Under the pieces are notes generated by a model. That model was not told the origin of the DNA. It did no database searches and saw only the letters and a list, made by a program, of their open reading frames with translations. A stretch of 64,000 bases of DNA from Stegostoma tigrinum (Eukaryota): assembly GCF_030684315.1 (NCBI RefSeq), contig NC_081382.1, positions 10,603,267 to 10,667,266 of the forward strand. The letters run 5' to 3'. The position numbers were made by a program, and so were the translations under genes. Shown in pieces: positions 50,357 to 62,613 of this stretch (position 1 is the first letter of the stretch; each line of letters begins with the position of its first letter).

Positions 50357-50429
50357 AAAGGTTGTGGAGGCTGTTTGGAAGGGGAGAGGAAGGTGGAGAG
50401 TGGGTCACAAGTGGCAGTGGAGATAGGGT

Positions 50430-51243
50430 GAAGCCATGGGCTGAGAAATGACAAATGGAGTTAAATGCGGAAAAGTGTGAGGTGATTCACTTTGGAAGGA
50501 GTAACAGGAATACAGAGTACTGGGCTAATGGTAAGATTCTTGGCAGTGTGGATGTGAAGAGAGATCTTGGTGTCCATGTGCATAGATCCCTGAAAGTTGC
50601 CACCCAGGTTGATAGGGCTGTTAGGAAGGTGTACTGTGTGTTAGGTTTTATTGGTAGAGGGATTGCGTTTCTGAGCAATGAGGTCATGTTGCAGCTGTAC
50701 AAAACTCTGGTGCGGCCACACTTGGCATATTGCCTACAGTTCTGGTCGCCGCATTATAGGAAGGATGTGGAAGCATTGGAAAAGTTGCAGGGGAGATTTA
50801 CCAGGATGTTGCCTGGTATGGAGAGAAGGTCTTATGAGGAAAGGTTGAGGAACTCAAGGCTATTTTCTTCAGAGAGAAGGTTAAGAGGTGACCTAATAGA
50901 GACATACAAGGTGATCAAAGGATTAGATAGGGTTGACAGTGACAGCCTTTTTCCTTGGATAGAGATGGCTAGCAAGAGGAGACATAGTTTTAAACTGAGG
51001 GATGATAGATCTAAGACAGATGTCGGAGGTAGTTTCTTTACTCAGAGAGGAGTAAGGGCATGTAATGCCCTGCCTGCAACAGTAGTACACTTGCCAACTT
51101 TAAGGGCATTTAAATGGTCATTGGATAAACATATGGATGATTATGAAATGATATAGGTTCGATGGGCTTCAGATTGGTTTCATTGGTCAGCGCAACATTG
51201 AGGGCCAAAGGGCCTGTACTGCACTGCAATGTTCTATGTTCTG
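50430..51243 (+). mobile_element. CR1-clade LINE 3' fragment with open 233-aa ORF2 C-terminus (50455-51156)
   Basis: KCEVIHFG, LYKTLVRPHL, RRLRGDLIETYK; tail gttctatgttct. Confidence 0.92.
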
Positions 51244-52077
51244 ATACATAGGTTTTAATGATTAATTTTGTGCCAGTTCATAGCCAATTAGTGATCTATG
51301 CAAAGACACATTAATTTCCCTCTGATGCTTCCCTAGCTCTTGTTAACTTAGAAAAGGAAACTACAATTTATCTTTCTTGAATCCAAAGTGAATGGCCTCA
51401 TGCTCAGATGCATTCACTACCTGTCTGCTACAAGTGTGCTAAATGATATATTCTGTCTATATACTTTTCTAACATGTCGCTCCTTTGCACACCACCCACC
51501 TTACTTCCACATGTAGTGTTATCTATAAGCATCCAACTTATCAATGAATATGTTGATAATCTTACATGCCAGCGTAAATCTCAAGTGCTCATTATTTTCT
51601 TCACCCTGCTAAGCTGTATGCAAACTCTTTGTTCCCACACTCTAACCCCAACATTCCAGTTAATTTCCAGCCCAAGTAAGGCAGTTTTATTCAGCTAAAT
51701 TAGTGCATTTCCCAATTATAGGATATCCTAAAGTGTTCAACAGCAGTGAGATATTTTTGAAGTGTACTGACTGGAATAATGTAGGGAAGATCGCAGATAA
51801 TTTGTGCTTCCACACGTAGCAATGTGATAATGTGTCAATCCATTTTGTGATATCAAATGGAGGGATGATCATTGGCCTTCAACCTAAAATGACCTTTCTA
51901 TGAAACAATAACTCACTAATTGTCAAATAATTAAAATTTGGAGTTAAAGTGTAAGTTTTCCAGGGAACTTGTTAGGCAAGTTTTTCCACATTCAATTCTT
52001 TCTGTTGTGTGTTTATCCTGTGACATATTGATTTTTTTCTTCGTTTTGCTTGTGTCCCTACATGCAGCTTTGTGACA

Positions 52078-52413
52078 AGGGGCAACACTGTAGCTCAATG
52101 GTTAGCACTACTGTCTCTCAGTGTATAGCAAAGTTTTGATTCCATGCTTAGGCAACTGTGTGAAGTTTGCACTTTCTCCCCATCTCTGTGTGGGTGCTGT
52201 CCTCTGGGCGCTCCGGTTTCCTAACACAGCCTAAAAATGTGCACGTTAGGTGGATTGGCCATGGCAAATTGTCTGTAGTGTCCAGGAATGTGCAGCCTTG
52301 GTAGATGAGCCATGGGAAATTCAGGGTTACAGGCATGGGGTGGGTCTGGACGGGACATGCTTCAGAGGGTCAGTGTGGAATGGCCTACTTCCACACTGTC
52401 AGGATTCTATGAT
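52078..52413 (+). mobile_element. HE1-type V-SINE
   Basis: tagctcaatggttagcact head, V domain, tail. Confidence 0.85.
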
Positions 52414-52761
52414 TGTAAGACAACTGCAACCTGGGCAGTATTCCAATCAATTGGTACTCATTGATGCTCCCTGGCTTTGCCTTCTGTTTCAGCAAAGCAT
52501 AGTTTCCATTCAGCATAACTACATATACATGGAGCAAACCACATGTATGAACTCATGTCTCATCTATAAGTAACATTCTTAGGGTTTGACTGATCTAACT
52601 GCATTTTGTCCACCGGTTAGTTTTGACAAGAATTTAACCCCGTGTATCAAAGCTCATGATGTGCTCTGCAATTAACCTGTGATAAACACATTGATCTCAA
52701 ATTAAGATACTGTGGTCAGTAATAAGATGGTTGAACTTACACAGTACCTTGCCAAAGAAAA

Positions 52762-53065
52762 AAAGCTTATATCTTGCGCCTTTCACAATCTGTGGCATCC
52801 CAAAGGGCTTTAAAGCTAATTGAGTACGTTTTGATGTGCAGTCACAAAAGTTGGAAGCTCAACAGATTTAGGCAGAGTGAGATCCCACACACAGTAATGT
52901 GACGACAGTCAGACAATCTGTCTTTGGTGGTGTTGGATGAGGGAACGAGTAAAACTCTCCTTTGTAATCTTCCTGGACTCATTTTCTTCCACCTGAGAGA
53001 TTGGACTGGACTTTGACTTAAAACCTCACTGAAAATATGACACCTCCAGCAGTGCAACATTTCGT
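52762..53065 (-). mobile_element. Deu-domain SINE
   Basis: gcgcctttcacaatc...catcccaaagggctttaaagc; ttccacctgagag. Confidence 0.65.
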
Positions 53066-53104
53066 CAGTAAAACACTTGTTTTTTTTGCTTTTAATTTAA
53101 CACA

Positions 53105-53220
53105 TTTTCCTAATCAACCTGTTCAGAAATGCTATTGCATACCTCTGGAACAGATGGGTCTTGAAGCCAGATCTCTCAGTCCGGGAGTGGGGACACTGTT
53201 ACTCTACCACAAGAGGGCCC
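53105..53220 (-). mobile_element. Short tRNA-derived SINE (family D)
   Basis: Homologous to 18352-18460. Confidence 0.6.
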
Positions 53221-53479
53221 TTAGGGCAGCATTGGTGGATCAGGTGGATTATGAGTTTCAAATGCTGTAACCCCTAATCATAAAGTAGTGCCACACAGTT
53301 AAGCTATGGAAAATGATGTTTCAGTCAGCTACAACCAGAAAATGTTGAATTCAAATTGCGTTTTTAAGATAGAAAGTGCTTCATAATGTTTCATAATGCT
53401 TCACTAAAGCATGTTTGGATGTTGAGATAGGATGTTATGAGAATGCACAGCATAGAAAGAGGCCAATAGTCTCATCATA

Positions 53480-54290
53480 AAGCATAGAATGTAAAATATA
53501 GAACAGTAGAGTACAGAACGGGGCCCTTTGGCCCAGCATGTCTATGCCGATCATAACGTTATCCTAAACTAATCCCATTTTCCTGCACATGGTCCATATC
53601 TCTCCATTCCTTGCCTGATTAAGCACCTCTGAAAGGTAGGTATCTTAAAGATAAGTGATTCTTGAAGGTAGCTTAAAGGTAGGTATCGTATTTGCTTCTA
53701 TTACCTCTCTTGGTCCTGTGTTCCAGGCACATACTACACTCTTGGAAAACAAAACTTTCTTTATCCCTTTAAATTTTTCATCTTAAACCTATACCCCTTC
53801 TTATTTGACATTTTCACCCTGGGAAAATAACTCTGACCATCCAGCCTGTCTACACCTCCCACAATTTTATGTACTTCTAATGGGTCACCTCCTCAGCCTC
53901 CATTGGTCTGGCAAAGACAATCCTACCTCTCCTTATAGTTAATACATGCCAATCCAGCCAACATCCTGGTCAACATCTTTTGCACCATCTCCAAGGACTC
54001 CACATTCTCTTTATCATGTGGTGACCAGAACTGTGGACAATACTCCAAATGTGGCCCATAAGTAAAGTTTTATACAGCTGCAACATGACTTGTCACCTTT
54101 TATACCCGGTACCCTAAGTGATGAAGACATACATGCAGTACCACCTTATCCATCTGTTTCGGCCAATTTCAGGGAGCTATGGGCTTGCATCTCTAGCTCC
54201 ATCTGTATATCAATGCTCCTAAGGGCCCTGCCATTTACTGTGTACTTTCCTCTTGCACTTGACCTCCCAAAAAATGCGTCACGCTTGCCT
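53480..54290 (-). mobile_element. CR1 LINE 3' fragment
   Basis: catagaa/tagaacag tail; gaccagaactgtggacaatactccaaatgtgg. Confidence 0.8.
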
Positions 54291-54489
54291 GTTCCTTTGA
54301 TCAAACAATCCAATCTACTGTTCTGTTTGCATTGCTCAGAAAGTTCTTCCTTTACAAATAATCATCCAGCTCCCACTGGACAGTTATTGAATTTTTAATT
54401 TTCAGACAATGCATTCTGAATCCAAGCACAGTACGTATGTGTTTTCCTCATGCTGTTTCTAATTATTTTGTCAATTACCTTAGATCTCA

Positions 54490-55790
54490 ATCCTTTGTTC
54501 GCAATCTCCTCTGCAATTGGAAATTAACTTTCCTTATTCCCACTTTCAATACCATTAAACACTGAGCACGTCTCTGAAATCTTCCCCTAACTTGCACTGA
54601 TCTAAGGAGCAGAGCCATAAGTTTCTTGAAATAACTGAAGCCCTTTATCCCTATTATCGTTCTGGTTAATTTCTTCTGCACCCTCAGGTCCCAAGATACT
54701 TCCGAAAGTGTGGTACACAGAACTGAACCCACTATATTAGTAGATAACAAAATGTGAGGCTGGATGAACACAGCAGGCCAAGCAGCATCTCAGGAGCACA
54801 GTAGCTGATGTTTTGGGCCTAGACCTTTCATCAGAGAGCCCGAGAGTCTAGGCCCGAAACATCAGCTTTTGTGCTCCTGAGATGCTGCTTGGCCTGCTGT
54901 GTTCATCCAGCTCCACACTTTGTTATCTTGGATTCTCCAGCATCTGCAGTTCCCATTATCTTTGACCATTATACTAGTACCTACCTTATCTTTTACAATG
55001 GCTCAGCGTCACTTCCTTGCAAGTTTTTGCAAGCATGCCTCTTTTTATAAAGCTGAAGATCTGATCAGCTGTTTCAACAGCCTTGTCACCTCATTCTGCC
55101 ACCTTCAAAAATATACGTTCATGAATCAAAGTCTCTGTTCCTGGGCTCCTCCAAAACTATAACCAGTCAATTTATATTACCTTTCTTAGTTTTTCTTCCC
55201 AAAGAGCATCACTTTTCAGTTCTCTCTATTAAATTTAATCCTCAACTTGCAATCTTCCTGTTCTGTGGCAAAAGGGAATATTGGGAGATAAGAACCAGAT
55301 TTCCTGCAAATTCCATCTCCTCTTCCCTGAGAAATCTCAGAGGCATCCCATGTGAACTGGGTGACTTTTCCACTTGAGTGCTGCCAACTTTTTTAGCTCT
55401 TTCAATCTAACTTTGATGGAATCCTATTCTCATCTCCCTGCGAACGCATCCTATAAACTGGCATTAACAGATCCATCCCCTTTTGTGAAGATGAATACAA
55501 TGTATTCATGTAACTTCAGTTTTTGAAAAATGTTCCCTGTTAGTCTTAAGCACTCTTTTTGACCTCTTAATTCCTTTTTCAATTCTCCCTGTAATTTATG
55601 CATTCAACTTGCTTCCATACTGATTTAAAAAGCTGAAATTCATGAAATAATTCCTTTCTCTGTCCCATTTTAATCTCTGTACTGTTTCTCAATAAAGGAA
55701 CTCCAGTCTTGGATGTTTTTCCTTTTCCTCATCACGGAAATGTATGTCTCACCCATACACAAGACCAACACAACTTTGACCAACCTCCTT
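54490..55790 (-). mobile_element. Old CR1 fragments hosting a Penelope fold-back
   Basis: LRVQKKLTRTIIGIKGFSY in ORF 54487-54771; further decayed ORF2 upstream. Confidence 0.6.
54743..54965. mobile_element. Fold-back Penelope mini-insertion
   Basis: Inverted arms, tail on right arm; TSD ccactatattagta / ccattatactagta at 54729-54742 and 54966-54979. Confidence 0.88.
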
Positions 55791-55798
55791 TCATCATT

Positions 55799-56017
55799 GA
55801 TGATAACAAGGTGTAGAGCTGGGTGAACATAGGAGGCAGCAGGAAAGCTGACGTTTTAGGTCTGGACCCTTCTTCAGAAAAAGTTTTCTGATGAAGGGTC
55901 CAGACCCAAAACGTCCACTTTCCTGTTCCTATGATGCTGCTTGGCCTGTTGTATTCATCCAGCTCTACACTTTGCTTTCTCAGATTCTCCAGCATTGGCA
56001 GTTCCCACTATCTCTCT
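55799..56017. mobile_element. Fold-back Penelope mini-insertion with two back-to-back hammerhead motifs
   Basis: cccttcttcagaaaaagttttctgatgaaggg centre; TSD tcctttca at 55786-55793 and 56018-56025. Confidence 0.88.
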
Positions 56018-57679
56018 TCCTTTCACAATTTACTGTTTTACCTGACAATCTTTGATTCCAGTCCATTTGAGTCAGATTGAAAGGCTATGAGAAATGGAAA
56101 GAGTAATCATGGATGATGGAGATTTTATTGAAAACTATTATCTTTTTGTAGGATTTGAAAAGCTGAAAAATGAAATGGAGAGGCTTAGGGATTTTGGGAA
56201 GATTTTCGTGAATCAGCCTTCCAAAGCTAATTGCCACCAACTTTACAAATCATGCTTCAAACAAGTGATACGAGTGATGAGCGATAATTTCCTTTCTTGT
56301 CAAATCCTTATTTGCTTTCTAAAATAAATTAATTCAAAATCTGATCCCCACAAGAAATACCACTGCATTCAAAACAAAGTTAGTCTTGTCAAAACAAACC
56401 TCTGACAATATGCTGTACTTCAATGCTTAATTTGTTGCATTCCTAATAAACACCAAAGCACCATATAAACAGGCAGACAAATATTACACTGGGTTGTTTA
56501 AAATGTAAATAGCGTCACAAGGCTATAAACGGCTAACTCCATTTGATTCACATCAAATATTGATGTAAGAGACAAGAACATGACGGAGCTCACTAATTAT
56601 TTTTGTTGACTGTTACATGTGTCCTTGGGCTCCATAATGGTTTTCACAGCATGCATCTACACTCATAGGCACTACTGTTCCTGACATTGTATGGGTGAGG
56701 ACATTAGTCATGCTGAACCATGCAGAACAATCAGAGCATGAGGTCAACGAGCAAGTAACAACAATTCAATACAATAGGTGCTATTTTGGAGTTCAATGAA
56801 CTCACCAGCACCCTGTCTTAACCTTGGTCATCCTAACAGATATTCAGCAACAGGAAGGAGTTCCAGCAGCATTATAAAAAAAAATCAACCACAATTGATA
56901 GATTAGTTGTCAGTTGATTTATTTTAGCTATGCCTTTGATTTCATACAATCTCTGTAGTTGTTTCAAATTGTAAAGATCAAAATAGAGATTCTTTTTTCC
57001 TGGTGAAAAGACTTCTCCAAAAACAGTTGAAACCCACAGTGCTCCAGAAAATGACTTTGTCTATTGAAGAATGGCATGGCTTAATGAATAAAGAGAGGAC
57101 ACACTGAGCATGGCAAGGTGTTGAAAGGGGAAGAGCTCTTGAGTCCAATTCCACCAAAAGTATTCAGAGAACATTTTTTCTACCTGCATCTCAAATAGGA
57201 CAACAATGTCTGATACTTGTACTTGACTGGGAAAGTTTTAACTAAAATCTGCCAACCGCTATAACCTCAGAAGGAAAAAGAAGAGGTTTCACACTGCTGG
57301 TGGCTGTGAAGATGATCAGAGTTTTGAATTTAATGCATCACAATCCTGCCAGGCTAGAACTGTTTATATTTGCAACATCTCACAGTGTGTTGGTGGTTTA
57401 GGAAATTCACTCCACCTCTCGATTCAATGAGAGCTAATTACATTTCCCTGTGTCTTGCCAGAGGCAAGCAGGTGGAAAAAGCACATGGGGCTGAATTTTA
57501 CTAAAAATCAGCACCATCTCAATTTCACAGAGTTTTTTTTGGATTTTCTTTCGGTGAACCCTAGGAAGTGTTCCCTCATAATTTGACGCTGCTACTACCA
57601 TGATATATATTACTCCTCTACACCACTGCTCTCATACTGTCTTGAATCTGCCAATGACATATATTCTCGATGATGCAGC

Positions 57680-58620
57680 AGTCCAAAGATGAAGGTCACA
57701 GAATCAGGATATGGGGGTAGGCCATTTTGGACTGGGATGAGGGGACATTTTATTCTTAGAGAGTATAAGCCTGTGGCATTCACTACCATATAAAGCAGTT
57801 GAGGGCAAAACATTAAATGTTTTCAAGAGGCGTGAGGTACAGTTCTTCGGGTGAAAGGTATCAAAGAATATGGGGAAAAGGTAGGGTCATAGTACTGATT
57901 AGGATAATCATGATCCTCTTGAATAGTGGATCCAATTCAAACAGCTGAATAGTCTACTCCTATTCCTATTTTCTGTGTTTGCATTGTAGGTACACAGCGT
58001 GGTTAAGAAAGCATTTAGCGCACTTGGCCTCATTGCTGAGACCTTTGAGTATAGGAGTTGGGATGTCACGTTGAGATTGTACAGGACTTTGGTCAAAACT
58101 CTTCTTGCAGCACTGTGTGCAGTTCCGGTCACCCTGTTATAGGAAAGATATTGTCAAGCTGAAGAGGGTTCAGAAAAGATTTACCAGGATGTTGGTAGTA
58201 ACGGAAGGGATAGTCTTGTAAAATTAGGTTGGACAGGCTGGAATTTCTTTAATTGGAGTGTAGGAGGTTGAGTGGTGACCTTATAGAGTTTAATAAAATC
58301 ATAAGGGGTATAGATGAGGTGAATGGCAGGTGTCTTTTCCCTCAAGTGGGGGTGTTCAAAACTAGAGGGCATATTTTTTCAGGTGAGCGGAGAAAGATTT
58401 ACAAAGGACATGATTGGCAACTTTTTTTCACACAGATTGATTCATGTGTGGAATGAACTGCCAGAAGAAATGGTCGATGTAGGTACAGTTAACAACATTT
58501 TTAAAAGACATTTGCGGAAGTGCATGACTAGGAAAGATTTGGAAGAACACGGGCTAAATGCAGGCACATGGGATTAGTTTAGTTTGGGGTTAGGATTGAC
58601 GTGGACTAGTTGTACTGAAA
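57680..58620 (+). mobile_element. Two adjacent CR1 3' fragments (57680-57980; 57985-58620)
   Basis: ECRRLSGDLIEFNKI and VWNELPEE in ORFs 58253-58577. Confidence 0.8.
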
Positions 58621-58974
58621 TGTCTGTGCCTGTGCTGTCCTTGTGTCCGCCTATCCCCCAAACTCCATTACATATCACTCAGTACAACTTAGTACAAGTC
58701 AGTGATGGCTTTCAGCACCTCCAGACAAGCTTCCACTACAGAGCAACCTATAAAGGGTCGATACAGTGCACCAATTTAGTTTGGTTATTTAAAACTAGTG
58801 TAAATACATTAATATGTTGATAATGTAAATATGAAGTTGCAGTTGAAGACAGGGCTAGACTTAGAAGACTTTTCTTCTATTTTGGAAGATTCCAATTGGT
58901 GCCTACACTTTTGCAAATATCCAGCCTCACCCATCTGGTCCTTTTTTGGCCAAAAGGCCAGTTGCTGGTCTTTT

Positions 58975-59066
58975 TGTTTTATTCACTTAGCGGATGTGGG
59001 CGTCGCTGGCTGGTTAGCATTTATTGCCCGTCCTTAGTTGCCCTTGAGAAGGTGGTGGTGAGCTGC
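58975..59066 (-). mobile_element. LINE 3' terminus shared with SINE family B
   Basis: ggatgtgggcgtcgctggctgg..agcatttattgcccgtcc.tagttgcccttgagaaggtggtgg. Confidence 0.6.
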
Positions 59067-59789
59067 ACTGGCAAAGACTTGTGGATTTCCATTTAGTCTG
59101 TACCAGTCACTTCTCTGAGGAACCTCTTTCTGTTCTGTCCATTGCCAATAACCAGCATTTCATAGGTTCTTGAACTAGCTCCTTATGCCCACTTTTCTTT
59201 TGGACTCTATTGGCATTCTCCATGAGTGCTGGGAAAACCATTGAAGCAGGTGATTTCTGTCAACAGTTTAAACTGAGAAATAATACTTTTTATCCGCAAA
59301 GATGGATTTTCATATTGAATTTCAACATAGAACAACCACAGCTTCTCACACAACCAAACTTTCCTTGCAGGTGGCATCTCCAGATGGTATGTGGGAGGTT
59401 AATAATTATAGTACCGAAACATATCAACTCATAATTATTATTCCAACTCCAAGTATAACATAACCTTTTCTCACTTGGTTAATATTTCTAGTTAAGGAGT
59501 TCAAGGACAAATGAAACAAACATGTATGTTTTCAATCAGCTTAATGATTCTTTATCTTTTGTGTGCATTTCACGTAATACCAAGGTCTCTTAATTAGCAG
59601 TAGCGATGTATAGGTGACTGCAAACTATTGACTGTATGAATGTAAGCAATCAGATTTAATGTAAAATGACCATAAAACTTTGGCTTTAATTATTATGCTT
59701 TATTTAAAAACAGCTGCTTACAGTTCTTTGTTATTTGGTCGAATGATCAGATGGAGAACATATGAAGATGCTTCCAATTGCTATATTGA

Positions 59790-60232
59790 GCATTAACTGC
59801 TCAGTTCACTGTACCTTGTGTCTGAGCCACAAGGCTCTAGGATCAAGTCCGACACTAAGGTTTCAGTACAAAAATCTCTGCCTGACATGCCAGTGCAGCA
59901 ATGGAGCAAAACTGCACTGTCAAAGGTGCCGTGTTTTTGATGAGACATTAAAATGTGCTCCAATCTACCAGCCCAGGTGGATGTAAAACATCCATGTTTG
60001 AATTTTTGAGTGACAACAAGGTATTCTGTCCATAGTGCCCTGACCAATATTTATCACTCATTCAACATTATCAAATCAGCTAATTTGGTCATTATCATAT
60101 GTTTTGGCTGTGCTCGTACTGGTTATCATGTTTCCTATATTACATCAGTGATTACACATTCAAAAAACATTTCATTGGAAGTACTTTGAGACATATGGTG
60201 CTCATGAAACATCCAGTATATATTCAATACTC
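59790..60232 (+). mobile_element. Deu-domain SINE (SacSINE1-like), near full length
   Basis: tRNA-like head, gcactgtcaaaggtgccgtgtttttgatgagacattaaa...caggtggatgtaaaacatccatg Deu-like core. Confidence 0.7.
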
Positions 60233-60321
60233 CTTCCCTCATTTCAATGTTTTGCACTGCCCATAGCACAGTATATTTTAAATGAAGAACATGCAGAAGA
60301 CAGAACATTAACATATATCAA

Positions 60322-60593
60322 AGGGAGGCATTGTGGCCTGCACCAGCGACCTGGGATTGATTCCAGCTTTGGACAATTGTCTGTGTGGTGGTTGCAACTC
60401 ATTCTCCCCGTGTCTGAGTGAGTTTCCTCCAGGTGCACTATTTTCCTCCCACAATCCAAAGATGTGCAGATTGGATGGATTAGCCATGGGAACTGCAGAG
60501 TTACAGGGATAGGGTTGGGGTGGGGGTGCGGAGCTCTATGGATGTGAATTCAATGGGCCAAATGGCCTGGTTCCACACTGTAACAATTCTATG
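60322..60593 (+). mobile_element. HE1-type SINE with internal deletions
   Basis: V domain and tail. Confidence 0.8.
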
Positions 60594-60674
60594 GCCCCTA
60601 CTGTCTCATTTCTATCCATTAAATTTCAATTTGTTTTCAGTGGAGTTGATACTTCAGACTCAGAGGGCTCCAGT

Positions 60675-62000
60675 TTCATAAATCTATGCTGACTCTTTTC
60701 TCTCTTGTCTCTGTTTTTCCCGTGCTGTGGTATTAAATCTAATTTCATCCCTACTACCAATGTCATGCTAACTGATCTATAATTTCCTTTTTTTTCTCTG
60801 CATTTTCTTTAAATTGAGAGTTTACATTAGCTGGTGCCTATTGAATCTTGAACGATGACCATCAATGCATTCGGTATCCCTCGGACCATTCCATTAAATA
60901 GTCCAAGATGTAGATTATCAGGCCCAAGGGATTTATCAGCCTTTAATCCCATTAATTTCATCAAAACCAATTCCTTAATAATACTTGTATTCCTCAGTTC
61001 CTCATTATCACTGGGTCATGTATTGCTCAACATTTTTAGAATGTTATTTGTGTCCTCCTTTATGAAGAAAGATTTGAAATAGATATTTAATTAGCCTGAG
61101 AATTTGTTCCCTATTATAACTTCCACAGTTTATAACTGAAGGGATCTACATTTGTCTTCACTCAACTTTTTCTTGATGTACCTAATAAAGCTTTGACACT
61201 CAGTTTGAATTTTCCCCAAAACTTATTCTCATACTCTATTTTACCCTTAATGATCAACCCCTTTGCCCTCCTTTGCTGTCATGTAAACAATTCCCAATCT
61301 TCGGCTCTGCTGGTCTGTTTGGTCAATTTGTGTGCCCTTTCTTTTGATCTAATTTCTATTGTTAGCCATGGCTGTGCTATCTTTTTCATTTTAATCTTGG
61401 GCCAGAGAGAAATTAGCAATTACTGCAGTTCCTCGGGGAAGGTTGTGGAAGCAGATACTAGAGTGGCTTTTAAAGGACATCTTGACAAATAATTGAATAA
61501 GATGGGAATAGAGGGGTATGGTGCCCAGAAAGGCAGAGGGTTTTAATTATGATGGGCAGCATGTTGGTGCAGGCTTGGAGGGCCGAAGGGCCTGTTCCTG
61601 TGCTGTAATTTTCTTTGTTCTTTGTTCCTTTATGGACTCTTTAACTGTTTTCCCTAAACCTAATCCTGTCACCTATTCACTGTCATCACTTTAAGTAATG
61701 TTCCCCAATTTATCATAGCTATCTCACACCTCATAACCATCGTGGTTTCCTCTAGATTCAGAACCTTTGTCTTGGAATCAACTGCATCACTCTCCATCTT
61801 AATGAACAATTCTATCATATAATGTTCAATCTTCACAAAGGGACCTTACACAATTAGGTTATTCTCATTCCCGGTCTAGGATGGCAGTTTCCAGGTTGGT
61901 TCCAGAAAACAATTCAGTACACAGGAATCCAGGAATTCCTCTTCTGTGGTATTGCTATGATTTGATTTGCCCAATCTATATACAGATGAAAATCACCCAT
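60675..62000 (-). mobile_element. Degraded CR1 ORF2 5' half (related to 5540-7310) with nested plus-strand CR1 tail at 61434-61623
   Basis: ttatcaggcccaagggatttatcagcc (KSPGPD region); nested piece flanked by gttcct at 61428-61433 and 61624-61629. Confidence 0.75.
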
Positions 62001-62450
62001 AAATGCAGCAGTAACTTTATTGCTTGTGTCCCTGAATATATTACTGTTAACAGAAGCTTGTTTGAAGTAAATTAACTTCTGCATTTGCTGACAAAAATTC
62101 CATTACTGCACTTCAGAAAGTAACTCATTGGCTGTGAATCACTTTGGAATCTTATGAGGACATGAAAGTTGATATACAAATGAATGTAATTTCTTCTTTT
62201 GTTTTGTTCTTTACTTGTATCTTGGTCTTCATATTGATTCATGTGAGAGACTGAAAGGTGTTGTTCATAAATGTTTGCTCTCCTTTGGCATTTTGCTTAA
62301 GTTGCCACTCTTCTGGAAGTTGAATCATTATCACAGAAGTTAACTTCAAAACCAATCATTCTTTTCATGTAGAACAACGCGATTGTGCTTCTGAGGTTGA
62401 AAATGCATTTTGCATGAGAAATTCATTTCTATCAAGTAAACTTTTAATTT

Positions 62451-62613
62451 GTGGAGCTAGTAGGAACTGCAAATGCTGGAGAATCTGAGATAACAAGGTG
62501 TAGAGCTGGATGAACACAGCAGGACAAAGGGTCTAGGCCCAAAATTTCAGCTTTCCTGCTCCTCCGATGCTGCTTGACCTCCTGTGTTCATCCAGCTCTA
62601 CACCTTGATATCT
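62451..62613. mobile_element. Fold-back Penelope mini-insertion
   Basis: Inverted arms; exact 10-bp TSD cttttaattt at 62441-62450 and 62614-62623. Confidence 0.88.

Noticed and set aside
50455-51156. 233-aa ORF as a host gene
   Set aside because: CR1 ORF2 C-terminus only, followed by the CR1 3' UTR
7598-62613. Dispersed short repeats as a CRISPR array or prokaryotic system
   Set aside because: Eukaryotic DNA; repeats are interspersed Penelope termini without a regular repeat-spacer period
10454-62613. Fold-back elements as DNA-transposon MITEs
   Set aside because: Arms are asymmetric, junctions vary, TSD length is variable, and the sequence matches a Penelope retroelement terminus
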